DNA of 64,000 nucleotides from NCBI GenBank assembly GCA_964016885.1, contig OZ024744.1:11532001-11596000 (forward strand), read 5' to 3'. Below, piece after piece: positions 27,231 to 41,658 of the stretch. Within the stretch, counting starts at the first letter, position 1, and every line of letters starts with the position of its first letter. The notes under the pieces are model-generated. The model was not told the origin of the DNA, searched no databases, and was given only the letters and a program-made list of their open reading frames with translations. The position numbers and the translations under genes are program-made. This stretch comes from Eledone cirrhosa. Taxonomy: Eukaryota.

Positions 27231-30050
27231 CAATATGCTGTGTTGTTATACTCCAATATGTTGTGTTGTTGTACTCCAATATGTTGTGTTGTTATACTCC
27301 AATATGTTGTGTTGTTGTACTCCAATATGTCATGTTGTTGTACTCCAATATGTTGCGTTGTTGTACTCCAATATATCATGTTGTCGTACTCCAATATGTT
27401 TTGATGTTGTACTCCAATATGTTGTGTTGTTGTACTCCAATATGTTGTGTAGTCGTACTCCAATATGTTGTGTTGTTGTACTCCAATATGCTGTGATGTT
27501 GTACTCCAATATGATGTGCTGTTGTACTCCAATGCGTTGTGTTGTTGTACTCCAATATGCTGTGTTGTTATACTCCAATATGTTGTGTTGTTATACTCCA
27601 ATCTGTTGTGTTGTTATACTCCAATATATTGTGTTGTTATACTCCAATATGTTGTGTTGTTTTACTCCAATATGTTGTGTTGTTGTACTCCAATATCTTG
27701 TATTGTTGTTCTCCAGTATGTCATGTTATACTCCAATAAGTTGTGTTCTTGTACTCCAATATGTTGTGTTGTTGTACTCCAATATGTTGTGTTGTTGTAC
27801 TCCAATATATCATGTTGTCGTACTCCAATATGTCATGTTATACTCCAATGTGTCATTGTTGTACTCCAATATGTCGTGTTGTTGTACTCCAATATGTCGT
27901 GTTGTTGTACTCCAATATGTTGTGTTGTTGTACTCCAATATGTTGTGTTGTTGTACTCCAATATGTTGTGTTGTTATACTCCAATATGTTATGTTGTTGT
28001 ACTCCAATATGTCATGTTGTTGTACTCCAATATGTTTTGATGTTGTACTCCAATATGTCGTGTTGTTATACTCCAATATGTTATGATGTTGTACTCCAAT
28101 ATATTGTGTTGTTGTACTCCAATATGTTGTGTTGCTGTACTCCAATATGTCGTGTCGTTGTACTCCAATACGTTGTGTTGTTGTACTCCAATATGTTGTG
28201 TTGTTGTACTCCAATATGTTGTTGTACTCCAATATGTCATGTTGTCGTACTCCAATATTTCGTGTTGTTGTACTCCAATATGTCATGGTGTTGTACTCCA
28301 ATATGTTGTGTTGTTGTACTCCAATATGTTGTGTTGTTGTACTCCAATATGTTGTGTTGTTGTACTCCAATATGTTGTGTTGTTGTACTCCAATATGTTG
28401 TGTTGTTGTACTCCAATATGTTGTGTTGTTGTACTCCAATATGCCATGTTGTTATACTCCAATATGTGGTGGTGTTGTACTCCAATATGTCATGTTGTTG
28501 TACTCCAATATTTCGTATTGTTGTACTCCAATATGTCATAGGGGTTGTACTCCAATATGCTGTGTTGCTGTACTCCAATAGGTTGTGTTGTTGTACTCCA
28601 ATATGTTGTGTTGCTGTACTCCAATATGTTGTGTTGTTGTACTCCAATATGTTGTGTTGTTGTACTCCAATATGTTGTGTTGTTGTACTCCAATCTATAT
28701 CGCTGTTGTACTCCAATATGTTGTGTTGTTGTACTCCAATATGTTGTGCTGTTGTACTCCAATATGTTGTGCTGTTGTACTCCAATATTTTGTGCTGTTA
28801 TACTCCAATATATTGTGTTGTTATACTCCAATATGTTGTGTTGTTGTACTCCAAAATATTGTGTTGTTATACTCCAATATGTTGTGTTGTTATACTCCAA
28901 TAAGTTGTGCTGTTATACTCCAATATGTTGTGTTGTTGTACTCCAATATGTTGTGCTGTTATACTCCAATATTTTGTGTTGTTATACTCCAATATGTGGT
29001 ATTGTTGTACTCCAATATGTTGTGCTGTTGTACTCCAATATGTTGTGTTGTTATACTCCAACATGTTGTGTTGTTATACTCCAATATGTTGTGTTGTTAT
29101 ACTCGAATATGTTGTGTTGTTATACTCGAATATCTTGTGTTGTTATACTCGAATATGTTGTGCTGTTGTACTCCAATATGTCGTGTTGTTGTACTCCAAT
29201 ATATCATGTAGTTGTACTCCAATATTTCGTGTTGTTGTACCCCAATATGTAGTGTTGTTTATACTCCAATATGTTTTGCTGTTGTACTCCAATATGTTGT
29301 GTTGCTGTACTCCTATATGTTGTGTTGTTATTCTCCAATATGTTGTGCTGTTGTACTCCAATGTGTTGTGTTGTTATACTCCAATATGTTGTGTTGATTT
29401 ACTCCAATATGTTGTGTTGTTGTACTCCAATCTGTTGTGTTGTTATACTCCAATGTGTTGTGTTGTTATACTCCAATATGTTGTGTTGTTGTAGTCCAAT
29501 ATGTTGTGTTGTCGTACTCCAATATGTTGTGTTGTTATACTCCAATATTTCGTGTGGTTGTACTCCAATATGTCATGGTGTTGTACTTCAATATGTCGTG
29601 TTGTTGTACTCCAATATGTTGTCTTGCTGTACTCCAATATGTTGTGTTGTTGTACTCCAATATCTTGTGTTCTTATACTCCAATATGTTGTGTTGTTATA
29701 CTCCAATATGTTGTGTTGTTGTACTCCAATATGTTGTGCTGTTTTACTCCAATATGTTGTGTTGTTGTACTCCAATATGTTGTATTGTTTTTCTCCAATA
29801 TGTCATGTTATACTCCAATAAGTTGTGTTCTTGCACTCCAATATGTTGTGTAGTTGTACTCCAATATATCATGTTGTCGTACTCCAATATGCCATGTTAT
29901 ACTCCAATATGTCATTGTTGTACTCCAATATGTCGTGTTGTTGTACTCCAATATGTCGTGTTGTTGTACTCCAATATGTTGTGTTGTTGTACTCCAATAT
30001 GTTGTGTTGTTGTACTCCAATATGTTGTGTTGTTATACTCCAATATGTTA
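27030..30050 (+). repeat. Dispersed copy of about 3530-6550 (offset 23,498)
   Basis: ORF pairs 3586/27084, 4245/27743, 5047/28545 and 5773/29271; marker CTATATCGC 5197/28695. Confidence 0.88.
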
Positions 30051-33000
30051 TGTTGTCGTACTCCAATATGTCATGTTATACTCCAATATGTTTTGATGCT
30101 GTACTCCAATATGTTGTGTTGTTGTACTACAATATGTTGTGTTGTTGTACTCCAATATGTTGTGTTGTTATACTCCAATATGTTGTGCTGTTGTACTCCA
30201 ATATGTTGTGTTGTTATACTCCAATATGTAGTGTTGTTATACTCCAATATGTTGTGTTGTTGTACTCCAATCTGTTGTGTTGTTATACTCCAATATATTG
30301 TGTTGTTATACTCCAATATGTTGTGTTGTTTTACTCCAATATGTTGTGTTGTTGTACTCCAATATGTTGTATTGTTGTTCTCCAATATGTCATGTTATGC
30401 TCCAATAAGTTGTGTTCTTGTACTCCAATATGTTGTGTTGTTGTACTCCAATATGTTGTGTTGTTGTACTCCAATATGTCATGTTATACTCCAATATGTC
30501 GTTGTTATACTCCAATATGTCATGATGTTGTACTCCAATATGTCGTGTTCTTGTACTCCAATATGTCGTGTTGTCGTACTCCAATATGTTGTGTTGTTGT
30601 ACTCCAATATGTTGTGCTGTTGTACTCCAATATGTTTGTTGTTGTACTCCAATACGTTGTGTTGTTATACTCCAATATGTTGTGTTGTTGTACTCCAATA
30701 TTTCGTGTTGTTGTACTCCAATACGTCGTGTTGTACTCCAATATGTTGTGTTGTTATACTCCAATATGTTATGTTGTTGTACTCCAATGTGTCTTGTTGT
30801 TGTACTCCAATATGTTTTGATGTTGTACTCCAATATGTTGTGTTGTTGTACTCCAATATGTTTTGATGTTGTACTCCAATATGTTGTGTTGTTGTACTCC
30901 AATATGTTGTGTAGTCGTATTCCAATATGTTGTGTTGTTGTACTCTAACATGTTTTGTTGTTATTCTCCAATATGTTGTGATGTTGTACTCCAATGTGTT
31001 GTGTTGTTGTACTCCAATGTGATGTGTTGTTGTACTCCAATATGTTGTGCTGTTGTACTCCAATATTTTTTGTTTTTTGTACTCCAAAATGTTGTGTTGT
31101 TATACTCCAATATGTTGTGTTGTTATACTCCAATATGGTGTGTTGTTGTACTCCAATATGTTGTATTGTTTTCTCCAATATGTCATGTTATACTCCAATA
31201 TGGTGTGTTCGTGTACTCCAATATGTTGTGTTATTGTACTCCAATATGTTGCGTTGTTGTACTCCAATATGTTGTGTTGTTATACTCCAATATGTCGTGT
31301 GGCTGTACTCCAATATGTCATGTTGTTGTACTCCAATATGTCTTGTTATAGTCCAATATGTCGTGTTGTTGTACTCCAATATATCATGTAGTTGTACTCC
31401 AATATTTCGTGTTGTTGTACCCCAATATGTAGTGGTGTTTATACTCCAATATATTTTGCTGTTGTACTCCAATATGTTGTGTTGCTGTACTCCTATATGT
31501 TGTGTTGTTATTCTCCAATATGTTGTGCTGTTGTACTCCAATGTGTTGTGTTGTTATACTCCAATGTGTTGTGTTGTTATACTCCAATATGTTGTGTTGT
31601 TGTAGTCCAATATGTTGTGTTGTCGTACTCCAATATGTTGTGTTGTTATACTCCAATATTTCGTGTGGTTGTACTCCAGTATGTCATGGTGTTGTACTTC
31701 AATATGTCGTGTTGTTGTACTCCAATATGTTGTCTTGTTGTACTCCAATCTGTTGTATTGTTGTACTTCAATATGTTCTGTTGTTGTACTCCAATATATT
31801 GTGTTGTTGTACTCCAATATGTTGTGTTATTGTACTCCAATATGCTGTGTTGTTGTACTCCAATATGTTGTGTTGTTGTACTCCAATATGTTGTGTTGTT
31901 GTACTCCAATATGTTGTGTTCTTATACTCCAATATGTTGTGTTGTTATACTCCAATATGTTGTGTTGTTGTACTCCAATATGTTGTGATGTTGTACTCCA
32001 ATATGATGTGCTGTTATACTCCAATATGTTGTGTTGTTGTACTCCAATGTGTTGTGTTGTTGTACTCCAATATGTTGTGCCGTTGTACTCCAATATTTTT
32101 TTGTTTTTGTACTCCAAAATGTTGTGTTGTTATACTCCAATATGTTGTGTTGGTGTACTCCAATATGGTGTGCTGTTGTACTCCAAATCTCGTGTTGTTA
32201 TACTCCAATGTGTTGTGTTGTTATACTCCAATATGGTGTGTTGTTGAACTCCAATATGTTGTATTGTTTTTCTCCAATATGTCATGTTATACTCCAATAT
32301 GTCGTGTTGCTGTACTCCAATATGTCATGCTGTTGTACTCCAATATGTTTTGCTGTTGTACTCCACCGTGTTGTGTTGTTGAACTCCAATACGTTGTGTT
32401 GTTGTTCTCCAATATTTTGTGCTGTTGTACTCCAATTTGTGTTGTTGTACTCCAATATGTTGTGTTGTTGTACTCCAATATGTTGTGTTGTTGTACTCCA
32501 ATATGTTGTGTTGTTATACTCCAATATGTTGTGCTGTTGTACTCCAATATTTCGTGTTGTTGTACTCCAATACGTCGTGTTGTTGTACTCCAATATGTTT
32601 TGATGTTGTACTCAAATATGTTGTGTTGTTGTACTCCAATATGTTTTGATGTTGTACTCCAATATGTTGTGTTGTTGTACTCCAATATGATGTGATGTTG
32701 TACTCCAATATGATGTGATGTTGTACTCCAATGCGTTGTGTTGTTGTACTCCAATGTGATGTGTTGTTGTACTCCAATATGTTGTGCCATTGTACTCCAA
32801 TATTTTTTATATTTGTACTCCAATATGTTGTGTTGTTATACTCCAATATGTTGTGCTGTTGTACTCCAAATCTCGTGTTGTTATACTCCAATGTGTTGTG
32901 TTGTTATACTCCAATATGGTGTGTTGTTGTAGTCCAATATGTTGTATTGTTTTTTTCCAATATGTCATGTTATACTCCAATATGTTGTGTTCGTGTACTC

Positions 33001-34229
33001 CAATATGTTGTGTTATTGTACTCCAATATGTTGCGTTGTTGTACTCCAATATGTTGTGTTGTTATACTCCAATATGTTGTGTTGTTGTACTGCAATATGT
33101 TGTCTTGTTGTACTCCAAAAGGCCATGTTATCGTACTCCAATATGTCTTGTTATACTCCAATATGTCGTGTGGCTGTACTCCAATATGTCATGTTGTTGT
33201 ACTCCAATATGTCTTGTTATAGTCCAATATGTCGTGTTGTTGTACTCCAATATGTCATGTAGTTGTATTCCAATATTTCGTGTTGTTGTACCCCAATATG
33301 TCGTGTTGTTTATACTCCAATATGTTTTGCTGTTGTACTCCAATATGTTGTGTTGCTGTATTCCAATATGTTGTGTTGTTATTCTCCAATATGTTGTGCT
33401 GTTGTACTCCAATGTGTTATGTTGTTATACTCCAATATGTTGTGCTGTGCTACTCCAATATATTGTGTTGTTGTACTCCAATGTGTTGTGTTGTTATACT
33501 CCAATATGTTGTGTTGATTTACTCCAATATGTTGTGTTGTTGTACTCCAATGTGATGTGTTGCTGTACTCCAATATGTTGTGCTGTTGTACTCCAATATT
33601 TTTTGTTTTTTGTACTCCAATATGTTGTGTTGTTATACTCCAATATGTTGTGTTGTTATACTCCAATATGGTGTGTTGTTGTACTCCAATATGTTGTATT
33701 GTTTTCTCCAATATGTCATGTTATACTCCAATATGGTGTGTTCGTGTACTCCAATATGTTGTGTTATTGTACTCCAATATGTTGCGTTGTTGTACTCCAA
33801 TATGTTGTGTTGTTATACTCCAATATGTCGTGTGGCTGTACTCCAATATGTCATGTTGTTGTACTCCAATATGTCTTGTTATAGTCCAATATGTCGTGTT
33901 GTTGTACTTCAATATATCATGTAGTTGTACTCCAATATTTCGTGTTGTTGTACCCCAATATGTAGTGTTGTTTATACTCCAATATGTTTTGCTGTTGTAC
34001 TCCAATATGTTGTGTTGTTGTACTCCAATCTGTTTTGTTGTTATACTCCAATATGTTGTGTTGTTATACTCCAATATGTTGTGTTGTTTTACTCCAATAT
34101 GTTGTGTTGTTGTACTCCAATATGTTGTGTTGTTGTACTCCAATATGTTGTGTTGTTGTAATCCAATATCTTGTGTTGTTATACTCCAATATGTTGTGTT
34201 GTTGTACTCCAATATGTTGTGTTGTTGTA

Positions 34230-37200
34230 CTCCAATGTGTTATGTTGTTATACTCCAATATGTTGTGCTGTGCTACTCCAATATAGTGTGTTGTTGTACT
34301 CCAATGTGTTGTGTTGTTATACTCCAATATGTTGTGTTGATTTACTCCAATATGTTGTGTTGTTGTACTCCAATCTGTTGTGTTGTTATACTCCAATATG
34401 TTGTGTTGTTATACTCCAATATGTTGTGTTGTTTTACTCCAATATGTTGTGTTGTTGTACTCCAATATGTCATGTTGCTGTACTCCAACATGTCGTGTTG
34501 TAGTACTCCAATATGTTTTGATGTTGTACTCCAATATGTTGTGTTGTTGTACTCCAATATGTTGTGTTGTTGTACTCCAATATGTTGTGTTGTTATACTC
34601 CAATATGTTGTGCTGTTGTACTCCAATATGTCATGTTGTTGTACTCCAATATTTCGTGTTGTTCTACTCCAATATTTCGTGTTGTTGTACTCCAATATGT
34701 CGTGGTGTTGTACTCCAATATGTTTTGATGTTGTACTCCAATATGTCGTGTTGTTGTACTCCAATATGTTGTGTTGTTGTACTCCAATATGCTGTGTTGT
34801 TATACTCCTATATGTTGTGCTGTTGTACTTCAATATGTTGTGTTCTACTCCAATATGTTGTGTTGTTATACTCCAATATGTTGTGTTGTTGTACTCCAAT
34901 ATGTTGTGTTGTTGTACTCCAATATGTGATGTTGTTGTACTCCAATATGTCGTATTGTTGTACTCCAATATATTGTGTTGTTATACTCCAATATTTCGTG
35001 TTGTTTTAGTCCAATATGTCATGTTGTTTTACTCCAATATTTCGTGTTGTTGTACTCCAATATGTCATGGTGTTGTACTTCAATATGTCGTATTGTTGTA
35101 CTCCAATATGTTGTGTTGTTGTTCTCCAATATGTCGTGTTGTTATACTCCAATATGTTATGATGTTGTACTCCAATATATTGTGTTGTTGTACTCCAATA
35201 TGTTGTGTTGCTATACTCCAATATGTTGTGTCGTTGTACTCCAATATGTTGTGTTGTTGTACTCCAATATGTTGTGTTGTTGTACTCCAATATGTTGTTG
35301 TACTCCAATATGCCATGTTGTTATACTCCAATATGTCGTGGTGTTGTACTCCAATATGTCATGTTGTTGTACTCCAATATTTCGTGTTGTTGTACTCCAA
35401 TATGTCATAAGGGTTGTACTCCAATATGGTGTGTTGTTGTACTCCAATATGCTGTGTTGCTGTACTCCAATAGGTTGTGTTGTTGTACTCCAATATGCTG
35501 TGTTGGCTGTGCTCCAATACGTTGTGTTGTTGTACTCCAATATGTTGTGTTGCTGTACTCCAATATGTTGTGTTGTTGTACTCCAATATGTTGTGTTGTT
35601 GTACTCCAATATGTTGTGTTGTTGTACTCCAATCTATATCGCTGTTGTACTCCAATATGTTGTGTTGTTGTACTCCAATATGTTGTGCTGTTGTACTCCA
35701 ATATGTTGTGCTGTTGTACTCCAATATTTTGTGTTGTTATACTCCAATATATTGTGTTGTTATACTCCAATATGTTGTGTTGTTGTACTCCAAAATATTG
35801 TGTTGTTATACTCCAATATGTTGTGTTGTTATACTCCAATATGTTGTGCTGTTATACTCCAATATGTTGTGTTGTTGTACTCCAATATGTTGTATTGTTG
35901 TTCTCCAATATGTCATGTTATACTCCAATAAGTTGTGTTCTTGTACTCCAATATGTTGTGTTGTTGTACTCCAATATATCATGTTGTCGTACTCCAATAT
36001 GTCATGTTATACTCCAATATGTCATTGTTGTACTCCAATATGTCGTGTTGTTGTACTCCAATATGTCGTGCTGTTGTACTCCAATATGCTGTGTTGTTAT
36101 ACTCCAATATGTTGTGTTGTTGTACTCCAATATGTTGTGTTGTTATACTCCAATATGTTGTGTTGTTGTACTCCAATATGTCATGTTGTTATACTCCAAT
36201 ATGTTGCGTTGTTGTACTCCAATATATCATGTTGTCGTACTCCAATATGTTTTGATGTTGTACTCCAATATGTTGTGTTGTTGTACTCCAATATGTTGTG
36301 TAGTCGTACTCCAATATGTTGTGTTGTTGTACTCCAATATGCTGTGATGTTGTACTCCAATATGATGTGCTGTTGTACTCCAATGCGTTGTGTTGTTGTA
36401 CTCCAATATGCTGTGTTGTTATACTCCAATATGTTGTGTTGTTATACTCCAATCTGTTGTGTTGTTATACTCCAATATATTGTGTTGTTATACTCCAATA
36501 TGTTGTGTTGTTTTACTCCAATATGTTGTGTTGTTGTACTCCAATATCTTGTATTGTTGTTCTCCAATATGTCATGTTATACTCCAATAAGTTGTGTTCT
36601 TGTACTCCAATATGTTGTGTTGTTGTACTCCAATATGTTGTGTTGTTGTACTCCAATATATCATGTTGTCGTACTCCAATATGTCATGTTATACTCCAAT
36701 GTGTCATTGTTGTACTCCAATATGTCGTGTTGTTGTACTCCAATATGTCGTGTTGTTGTACTCCAATATGTTGTGTTGTTGTACTCCAATATGTTGTGTT
36801 GTTGTACTCCAATATGTTGTGTTGTTATACTCCAATATGTTATGTTGTTGTACTCCAATATGTCATGTTGTTGTACTCCAATATGTTTTGATGTTGTACT
36901 CCAATATGTCGTGTTGTTATACTCCAATATGTTATGATGTTGTACTCCAATATATTGTGTTGTTGTTCTCCAATATGTTGTGTTGCTGTACTCCAATATG
37001 TTGTGTCGTTGTACTCCAATACGTTGTGTTGTTGTACTCCAATATGTTGTGTTGTTGTACTCCAATATGTTGTTATACTCCAATATGTCATGTTGTCGTA
37101 CTCCAATATTTCGTGTTGTTGTACTCCAATATGTCATGGTGTTGTACTCCAATATGTTGTGTTGTTGTACTCCAATATGTTGTGTTGTTGTACTCCAATA

Positions 37201-40200
37201 TGTTGTGTTGTTGTACTCCAATATGTTGTGTTGTTGTACTCCAATATGTTGTGTTGTTGTACTCCAATATGTTGTGTTGTTGTACTCCAATATGCCATGT
37301 TGTTATACTCCAATATGTGGTGGTGTTGTACTCCAATATGTCATGTTGTTGTACTCCAATATTTCGTGTTGTTGTACTCCAATACGTCATAGGGGTTGTA
37401 CTCCAATATGTTGTGTTGCTGTACTCCAATAGGTTGTGTTGTTGTACTCCAATATGTTGTGCTGCTGTACTCCAATATGTTGTGTTGTTGTACTCCAATA
37501 TGTTGTGTTGTTGTACTCCAATATGTTGTGTTGTTGTACTCCAATCTATATCGCTGTTGTACTCCAATATGTTGTGTTGTTGTACTCCAATATGTTGTGC
37601 TGTTGTACTCCAATATGTTGTGCTGTTGTACTCCAATATTTTGTGCTGTTATACTCCAATATATTGTGTTGTTATACTCCAATATGTTGTGTTGTTGTAC
37701 TCCAAAATATTGTGTTGTTATACTCCAATATGTTGTGTTGTTATACTCCAATAAGTTGTGCTGTTATACTCCAATATGTTGTGTTGTTGTACTCCAATAT
37801 GTTGTGCTGTTATACTCCAATATTTTGTGTTGTTATACTCCAATATGTGGTATTTTTGTACTCCAATATGTTGTGCTGTTGTACTCCAATATGTTGTGTT
37901 GTTATACTCCAACATGTTGTGTTGTTATACTCCAATATGTTGTGTTGTTATACTCGAATATGTTGTGTTGTTATACTCGAATATCTTGTGTTGTTATACT
38001 CGAATATGTTGTGCTGTTGTACTCCAATATGTCGTGTTGTTGTACTCCAATATATCATGTAGTTGTACTCCAATATTTCGTGTTGTTGTACCCCAATATG
38101 TAGTGTTGTTTATACTCCAATATGTTTTGCTGTTGTACTCCAATATGTTGTGTTGCTGTACTCCTATATGTTGTGTTGTTATTCTCCAATATGTTGTGCT
38201 GTTGTACTCCAATGTGTTGTGTTGTTATACTCCAATATGTTGTGTTGATTTACTCCAATATGTTGTGTTGTTGTACTCCAATATGCTGTGTTGTTATACT
38301 CCAATGTGTTGTGTTGTTATACTCCAATATGTTGTGTTGTTGTAGTCCAATATGTTGTGTTGTCGTACTCCAATATGTTGTGTTGTTATACTCCAATATT
38401 TCGTGTGGTTGTACTCCAATATGTCATGGTGTTGTACTTCAATATGTCGTGTTGTTGTACTCCAATATGTTGCCTTGCTGTACTCCAATATGTTGTGTTG
38501 TTGTACTCCAATATCTTGTGTTCTTATACTCCAATATGTTATGTTGTTATACTCCAATATGTTGTGTTGTTGTACTCCAATATGTTGTGCTGTTTTACTC
38601 CAATATGTTGTGTTGTTGTACTCCAATATGTTGTATTGTTTTTCTCCAATATGTCATGTTATACTCCAATAAGTTGTGTTCTTGTACTCCAATATGTTGT
38701 GTAGTTGTACTCCAATATATCATGTTGTCGTACTCCAATATGTCATGTTATACTCCAATATGTCATTGTTGTACTCCAATATGTCGTGTTGTTGTACTCC
38801 AATATGTCGTGTTGTTGTACTCCAATATGTTGTGTTGTTGTACTCCAATATGTTGTGTTGTTGTACTCCAATATGTTGTGTTGTTATACTCCAATATGTT
38901 ATGTTGTTGTACTCCAATATGTCATGTTGTTGTACTCCAATATGTTTTGATGTTGTACTCCAATATGTTGTGTTGTTGTACTCCAATATGTTTTGATGTT
39001 GTAGTCCAATATGTTGTGTTGTTGTACTCCAATATGTTGTGTAGTCGTACTCCAATATGTTGTGTTGTTGTACTCCAATATGCTGTGATGTTGTACTCCA
39101 ATATGACGTGCTGTTGTACTCCAATGCGTTGTGTTGTTGTACTCCAATATGCTGTGTTGTTATACTCCAATATGTTGTGTTGTTGTACTCCAATATGTTG
39201 TGTTGTTGTACTCCAATATGTTGTGTTGTTGTAATCCAATATCTTGTGTAGTTATACTCCAATATGTTGTGCTGTTGTACTCCAATATGTTGAGTTGTTA
39301 TACTCCAATATGTAGTGTTGTTATACTCCAATATGTTGTGTTGTTGTACTCCAATCTGTTGCGTTATACTCCAATATGTTGTGTTGTTATACTCCAATAT
39401 GTTGTGTTGTTATACTCCAATATGTTGTGTTGTTTTACTCCAATATGTTGTATTGTTGATCTCCAATATGTCATATTATACTCCAATAAGTTGTGTTCTT
39501 GTACTCCAATATGTGTTGTTGTTGTACTCCAATATGTTGCGTTGTTGTACTCCAATATATCATGTTGTCGTACTCCAATATGTCATGTTATACTCCAATA
39601 TGTTTTGATGCTGTACTCCAATATGTTGTGTTGTTGTACTACAATATGTTGTGTTATTGTACTCCAATATGTTGTGTTGTTATACTCCAATATGTTGTGC
39701 TGTTGTACTCCAATATGTTGTGTTGTTATACTCCAATATGTAGTGTTGTTATACTCCAATATGTTGTGTTGTTGTACTCCAATCTGTTGTGTTGTTATAC
39801 TCCAATATATTGTGTTGTTATACTCCAATATGTTGTGTTGTTTTACTCCAATATGTTGTGTTGTTGTACTCCAATATGTTGTATTGTTGTTCTCCAATAT
39901 GTCATGTTATACTCCAATAAGTTGTGTTCTTGTACTCCAATATGTTGTGTTGTTGTACTCCAATATGTTGTGTTGTTGTACTCCAATATATCATGTTGTC
40001 GTACTCCAATATGTCATGTTATACTCCAATATGTCGTTGTTATACTCCAATATGTCATGATGTTGTACTCCAATATGTCGTGTTCTTGTACTCCAATATG
40101 TCGTGTTGTCGTACTCCAATATGTTGTGTTGTTGTACTCCAATATGTTGTGCTGTTGTACTCCAATATGTTTGTTGTTGTACTCCAATATGTTGTGTTGT

Positions 40201-40600
40201 TATACTCCAATATGTTGTGTTGTTGTACTCCAATATTTCGTGTTGTTGTACTCCAATACGTCGTGTTGTATTCCAATATGTTGTGTTGTTATACTCCAAT
40301 ATGTTATGTTGTTGTACTCCAATGTGTCTTGTTGTTGTACTCCAATATGTTTTGATGTTGTACTCCAATATGTTGTGTTGTTGTACTCCAATATGTTTTG
40401 ATGTTGTACTCCAATATGTTGTGTTGTTGTACTCCAATATGTTGTGTAGTCGTATTCCAATATGTTGTGTTGTTGTACTCTAACATGTTTTGTTGTTATT
40501 CTCCAATATGTTGTGATGTTGTACTCCAATGTGTTGTGTTGTTGTACTCCAATGTGATGTGTTGTTGTACTCCAATATGTTGTGCTGTTGTACTCCAATA
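34230..40600 (+). repeat. Dispersed near-identical copy of about 1860-8250 (offset 32,349)
   Basis: ORF pairs 2626/34975, 2856/35205, 4245/36594, 5773/38122 and 7144/39493; markers CTATATCGC 3285/35634 and 5197/37546; shared rare alleles GCTATAC, GGTATTTTTG and GTTGTATTCC. Confidence 0.9.
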
Positions 40601-41658
40601 TTTTTTTGTTTTTTGTACTCCAATATGTTGTGTTGTTATACTCCAATATGTTGTGTTGTTATACTCCAATATGGTGTGTTGTTGTACTCCAATATGTTGT
40701 ATTGTTTTCTCCAATATGTCATGTTATACTCCAATATGGTGTGTTCGTGTACTCCAATATGTTGTGTTATTATACTCCAATATGTTGCGTTGTTGTACTC
40801 CAATATGTTGTGTTGTTATACTCCAATATGTCGTGTGGCTGTACTCCAATATGTCATGTTGTTGTACTCCAATATGTCTTGTTATAGTCCAATATGTCGT
40901 GTTGTTGTACTCCAATATATCATGTAGTTGTACTCCAATATTTCGTGTTGTTGTACCCCAATATGTAGTGGTGTTTATACTCCAATATATTTTGCTGTTG
41001 TACTCCAATATGTTGTGTTGCTGTACTCCTATATGTTGTGTTGTTATTCTCCAATATGTTGTGCTGTTGTACTCCAATGTGTTGTGTTGTTATACTCCAA
41101 TGTGTTGTGTTGTTATACTCCAATATGTTGTGTTGTTGTAGTCCAATATGTTGTGTTGTCGTACTCCAATATGTTGTGTTGTTATACTCCAATATTTCGT
41201 GTGGTTGTACACCAGTATGTCATGGTGTTGTACTTCAATATGTCGTGTTGTTGTACTCCAATATGTTGTCTTGTTGTACGCCAATCTGTTGTATTGTTGT
41301 ACTTCAATATGTTCTGTTGTTGTACTCCAATATATTGTGTTGTTGTACTCCAATATGTTGTGTTGTTGTACTCCAATATGCTGTGTTGTTGTACTCCAAT
41401 ATGTTGTGTTGTTGTACTCCAATATGTTGTGTTGTTGTACTCCAATATGTTGTGTTCTTATACTCCAATATGTTGTGTTGTTATACTCCAATATGTTGTG
41501 TTGTTGTACTCCAATATGTTGTGCTGTTGTACTCCAATATGATGTGCTGTTATACTCCAATATGTTGTGTTGTTGTACTCCAATGTGTTGTGTTGTTGTA
41601 CTCCAATATGTTGTGCCGTTGTACTCCAATATTTTTTTGTTTTTGTACTCCAAAATGT